DNA of 64,000 bases from an uncultured Verrucomicrobiae bacterium (GTDB lineage: Bacteria; Verrucomicrobiota; Verrucomicrobiia; Limisphaerales; JAFGQR01): contig CAWBHS010000039.1 of the NCBI GenBank assembly GCA_963788655.1, positions 64,001 through 128,000 of the forward strand, given 5' to 3'. Under the pieces are notes generated by a model. It did no database searches. It saw nothing but the letters and a program-made list of their open reading frames with translations, and was not told where the DNA came from. Position numbers and translations under genes: made by a program. Of this stretch, positions 61,610-64,000 are shown in pieces. Position 1 is the stretch's first letter, and each line of letters starts with the position of its first letter.

Positions 61610-63541
61610 TCACCATCCACCGTCCGATGTGTGTGCCGGTAAGGCGCCATCGAATTCGCCATGTTGGTCGAGACACCCCGCGGTGGCTTTGAGTTTTGTC
61701 GCATCTACAACCTGCGCTTTGGGTGTGGACTTGGTCCAAATCCATCCGGAAAAAATCATGTTAGCCGCGCCCTTTGGCGGCGTCGGATAATGCTGCTCAA
61801 TGGCCGCCTTCGCCCCGGACGTTCCTTTGAGAATAAACGCGCCCGGCCCTTGAGGCAGCGTGAACCGCTCCCCCGCCTTTAGGGCCAGGTTGGATACGAT
61901 CACGCCGGTTAACGGATGGAACACTTTGAACCGCAGTGAGCGCCGCGCTTCGAGCATCACACCATCGGGAAGAATCCCCATGGGAAAGCACACGAACTCA
62001 TTGCCCGTGGTGCTGCCGATGTTGCGGTGGCAACCGTTCGTCGCGCCGTTTACGTCGGGCCAGTAGCGGTTGGGCTGGCCGTTGCAATATACGGTGAACG
62101 GGGCGCCAGGTTCCAATCCATCGTTGCGGGTCCAACTGGCTACGTCGGGCGGCAGGATTTGGCGAATGTGTTGATACGCATTGATCCCGGCGGTGTCTTC
62201 GAAACGAACCTCCTCACCCGTGGGCGGACAACATCGGCTGTATCCAGTCACACCGGCGCGCGAGTGGTACACATAGGCCGGCAGATTCGCCAGGTAAGCA
62301 AAAACGGCCGCGGCGCACAGCTTGATCGGATCATCCTCCGAACTGACCGACGAGCCCGCCCCGATCGGCTCGTTGCTGCTCACGGGCGGCACGCCCGGCA
62401 AGTGGCCGGCCCGATACGCATCACGTACCGGCAGCCAGCCGCCTTCCGCGGTCCGCGTGTCCCGGCTGAAGTGAACGGTGGCCAGGTCTGCCGCGCTGCC
62501 GTGGTACAAGCCGATGATGCCTTCGTTGCTCGTGTCGGCGTACGAAGTGATGGCCACCAAAACGCGCGTGCGGTCGGCCAGGTATTGCGTGAACGCGCGC
62601 AAGTCCGCGATCCCCGATGCCCCAGGAAAGCCGTTTTGCCAGGCCTCGTTCGCTACTTCCAAGTGGATGAGGCACGACTCCCGTCCGGTGAGGTTTGCCA
62701 GGATCCCGTGGAGATGCGATTGCCGGTTGGCGCGCGACGGCATTACGTATTGTGCGTCGGCGAAAATGGTCACCTCGGCGCGCAGGCCGTGTTGCGCCAC
62801 CAGGTCGAGCAGGTCACGGAACTGTTGCCAGTAATCCGGCCAGGCCGGGATCACGCGTCCGCCCCGGTTGGTAAAGGTGACCGGCGCAATTTCGAGTCCG
62901 TCCCAACTCACCATGCTGAGAACGCGCACGTAGTTGAAACCTTTCGCCGCCAGCAACGTCAAGTTGTGGTTCAATCGTGCGCGGTCGTATTTGGCATGGC
63001 GCAAGGCTTGGAAGTATGAAACGCCCAGTCCGAGGAACGGTCCGGTTTCGTCGTAGAGTGAATTGCCATTCAGTCGAACCAGATTGGTGCTGCTCGCCGG
63101 ATTCCAGACCTTGACGTTGCTGAATACAGCGCCAATCGGCGCACCGGCTGAAGGATCGCGTCGCGGACTTGCGGCGATGCGCACGCTATGGCCTGCGCGT
63201 TGCTCGTTGGGAGCCAGGCCACGCACATCAAACTCGGCGGCACCCTTGCTGAGGGCCGGGATGTGCCGGTAGATGGTGTCGTTATTCCCCGTGACCTGCC
63301 AGCCGTCAGCGACCGATGCAGCCCCCGAACGTGTGCTGGTGGTGGGATCCTGCAAGGGATCGTTCAGCACCACTGCTCCGTGTCCCGCTTGCAGCCAAGC
63401 CAGCGCGCAAAGACACGCGCCATACCGGGTCACGAACGGCCGGTGAAACTGACCGGTCCACGCCCGTGCGCCGGCCATCGCCCTGAGCCAAAGGCAGGGG
63501 GTGAGACTCGATTTCTTCGGAACAACGATTGTGGTATTCAT
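61610..63541 (-). CDS. Secreted putative clan GH-A glycoside hydrolase-like protein (start uncertain)
   Basis: GFNYVRV, EVANE, TVH, NEP, YH motifs in TIM-barrel order. Confidence 0.6.
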   Translation of the reverse strand: MNTTIVVPKKSSLTPCLWLRAMAGARAWTGQFHRPFVTRYGACLCALAWLQAGHGAVVLNDPLQDPTTSTRSGAASVADGWQVTGNNDTIYRHIPALSKGAAEFDVRGLAPNEQRAGHSVRIAASPRRDPSAGAPIGAVFSNVKVWNPASSTNLVRLNGNSLYDETGPFLGLGVSYFQALRHAKYDRARLNHNLTLLAAKGFNYVRVLSMVSWDGLEIAPVTFTNRGGRVIPAWPDYWQQFRDLLDLVAQHGLRAEVTIFADAQYVMPSRANRQSHLHGILANLTGRESCLIHLEVANEAWQNGFPGASGIADLRAFTQYLADRTRVLVAITSYADTSNEGIIGLYHGSAADLATVHFSRDTRTAEGGWLPVRDAYRAGHLPGVPPVSSNEPIGAGSSVSSEDDPIKLCAAAVFAYLANLPAYVYHSRAGVTGYSRCCPPTGEEVRFEDTAGINAYQHIRQILPPDVASWTRNDGLEPGAPFTVYCNGQPNRYWPDVNGATNGCHRNIGSTTGNEFVCFPMGILPDGVMLEARRSLRFKVFHPLTGVIVSNLALKAGERFTLPQGPGAFILKGTSGAKAAIEQHYPTPPKGAANMIFSGWIWTKSTPKAQVVDATKLKATAGCLDQHGEFDGALPAHTSDGGW

Positions 63542-64000
63542 CTGTTTTTCGGTTCTGCTCGCCCGCCGGGACGTACGGAAAAGCTGCCGCAACTCCTCCA
63601 CTTGGCGTCCGATTCCGCTTCGACCAACCGCGAAATTCACCCGTCGGCTGGAAGGGAAACAGCATAAAGTCGAACGTTCCCCAAGTGAACATAAAACTCT
63701 CGCGACCTCCACCGGCCGGAAATGATGTGAGGATTGATCAGGCGCAACAAACAGTCGCCGAATGCCCGCAAGGCATGGTGGCAACCGAGTCAAGCGCGCG
63801 GCGCCTTTTGGAAGCGGCAGGGGAACCGGTAGCGATTCCCTGTTCGGGCAAGCCGGGGTGGCGCAAGCTTTCGTGGAACGTGCCGGCAAATTGTCCGGCC
63901 TCAGCCACCGGGCCGGCTTGTGTTCCGTTCGTCTTCGGTGTATCCAACCAACCGTATGAATGGCGAAATGTTTGTAGCACTGATTGAGGAAATGGTTGAC

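Overview
GC-rich bacterial chromosomal window. Gene content and repeat style suggest a Pedosphaera/Limisphaerales-like Verrucomicrobium (inference). In order: the 3' part of a 2-oxoacid:ferredoxin oxidoreductase beta gene and rsmD; an ~8 kb arsenic island (arsR-arsC-arsM-acr3, second arsR, DUF318/ArsP-like permease, small thioredoxin-like protein, an unusual exported thioredoxin + NosL-like + MerB-like fusion, a ProC-like reductase and a CcdA-like protein) with three related operator boxes; a UroD/MtaA-family gene with DUF1638; an ECF sigma and Ser/Thr kinase pair, HEAT protein, Tat-exported aldo-keto reductase and a conserved secreted protein; a ~14 kb tandem cluster of secreted repeat proteins (beta-propeller/FG-GAP and beta-helix/PKD) containing an intergenic group II intron; rpsB-tsf, an A-type Fe-S carrier, a large TPR protein, uvrA with two repeat-derived in-frame inserts and a DUF433/PIN toxin-antitoxin pair; trxA-small protein-TolC-MFP-RND; an FG-GAP/VCBS protein; a 2590-bp IS with 56-bp TIRs and a 5-bp TSD; eda, a TPR lipoprotein, DUF4139, a sugar epimerase and two hypothetical or GH-like genes. 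Many genes carry single-base frameshifts that look like sequencing errors. Palindromic REP-like elements and 7/10-nt tandem repeats are abundant, and both mobile elements sit inside such repeats. All family assignments are from motif recognition by eye, not database searches.
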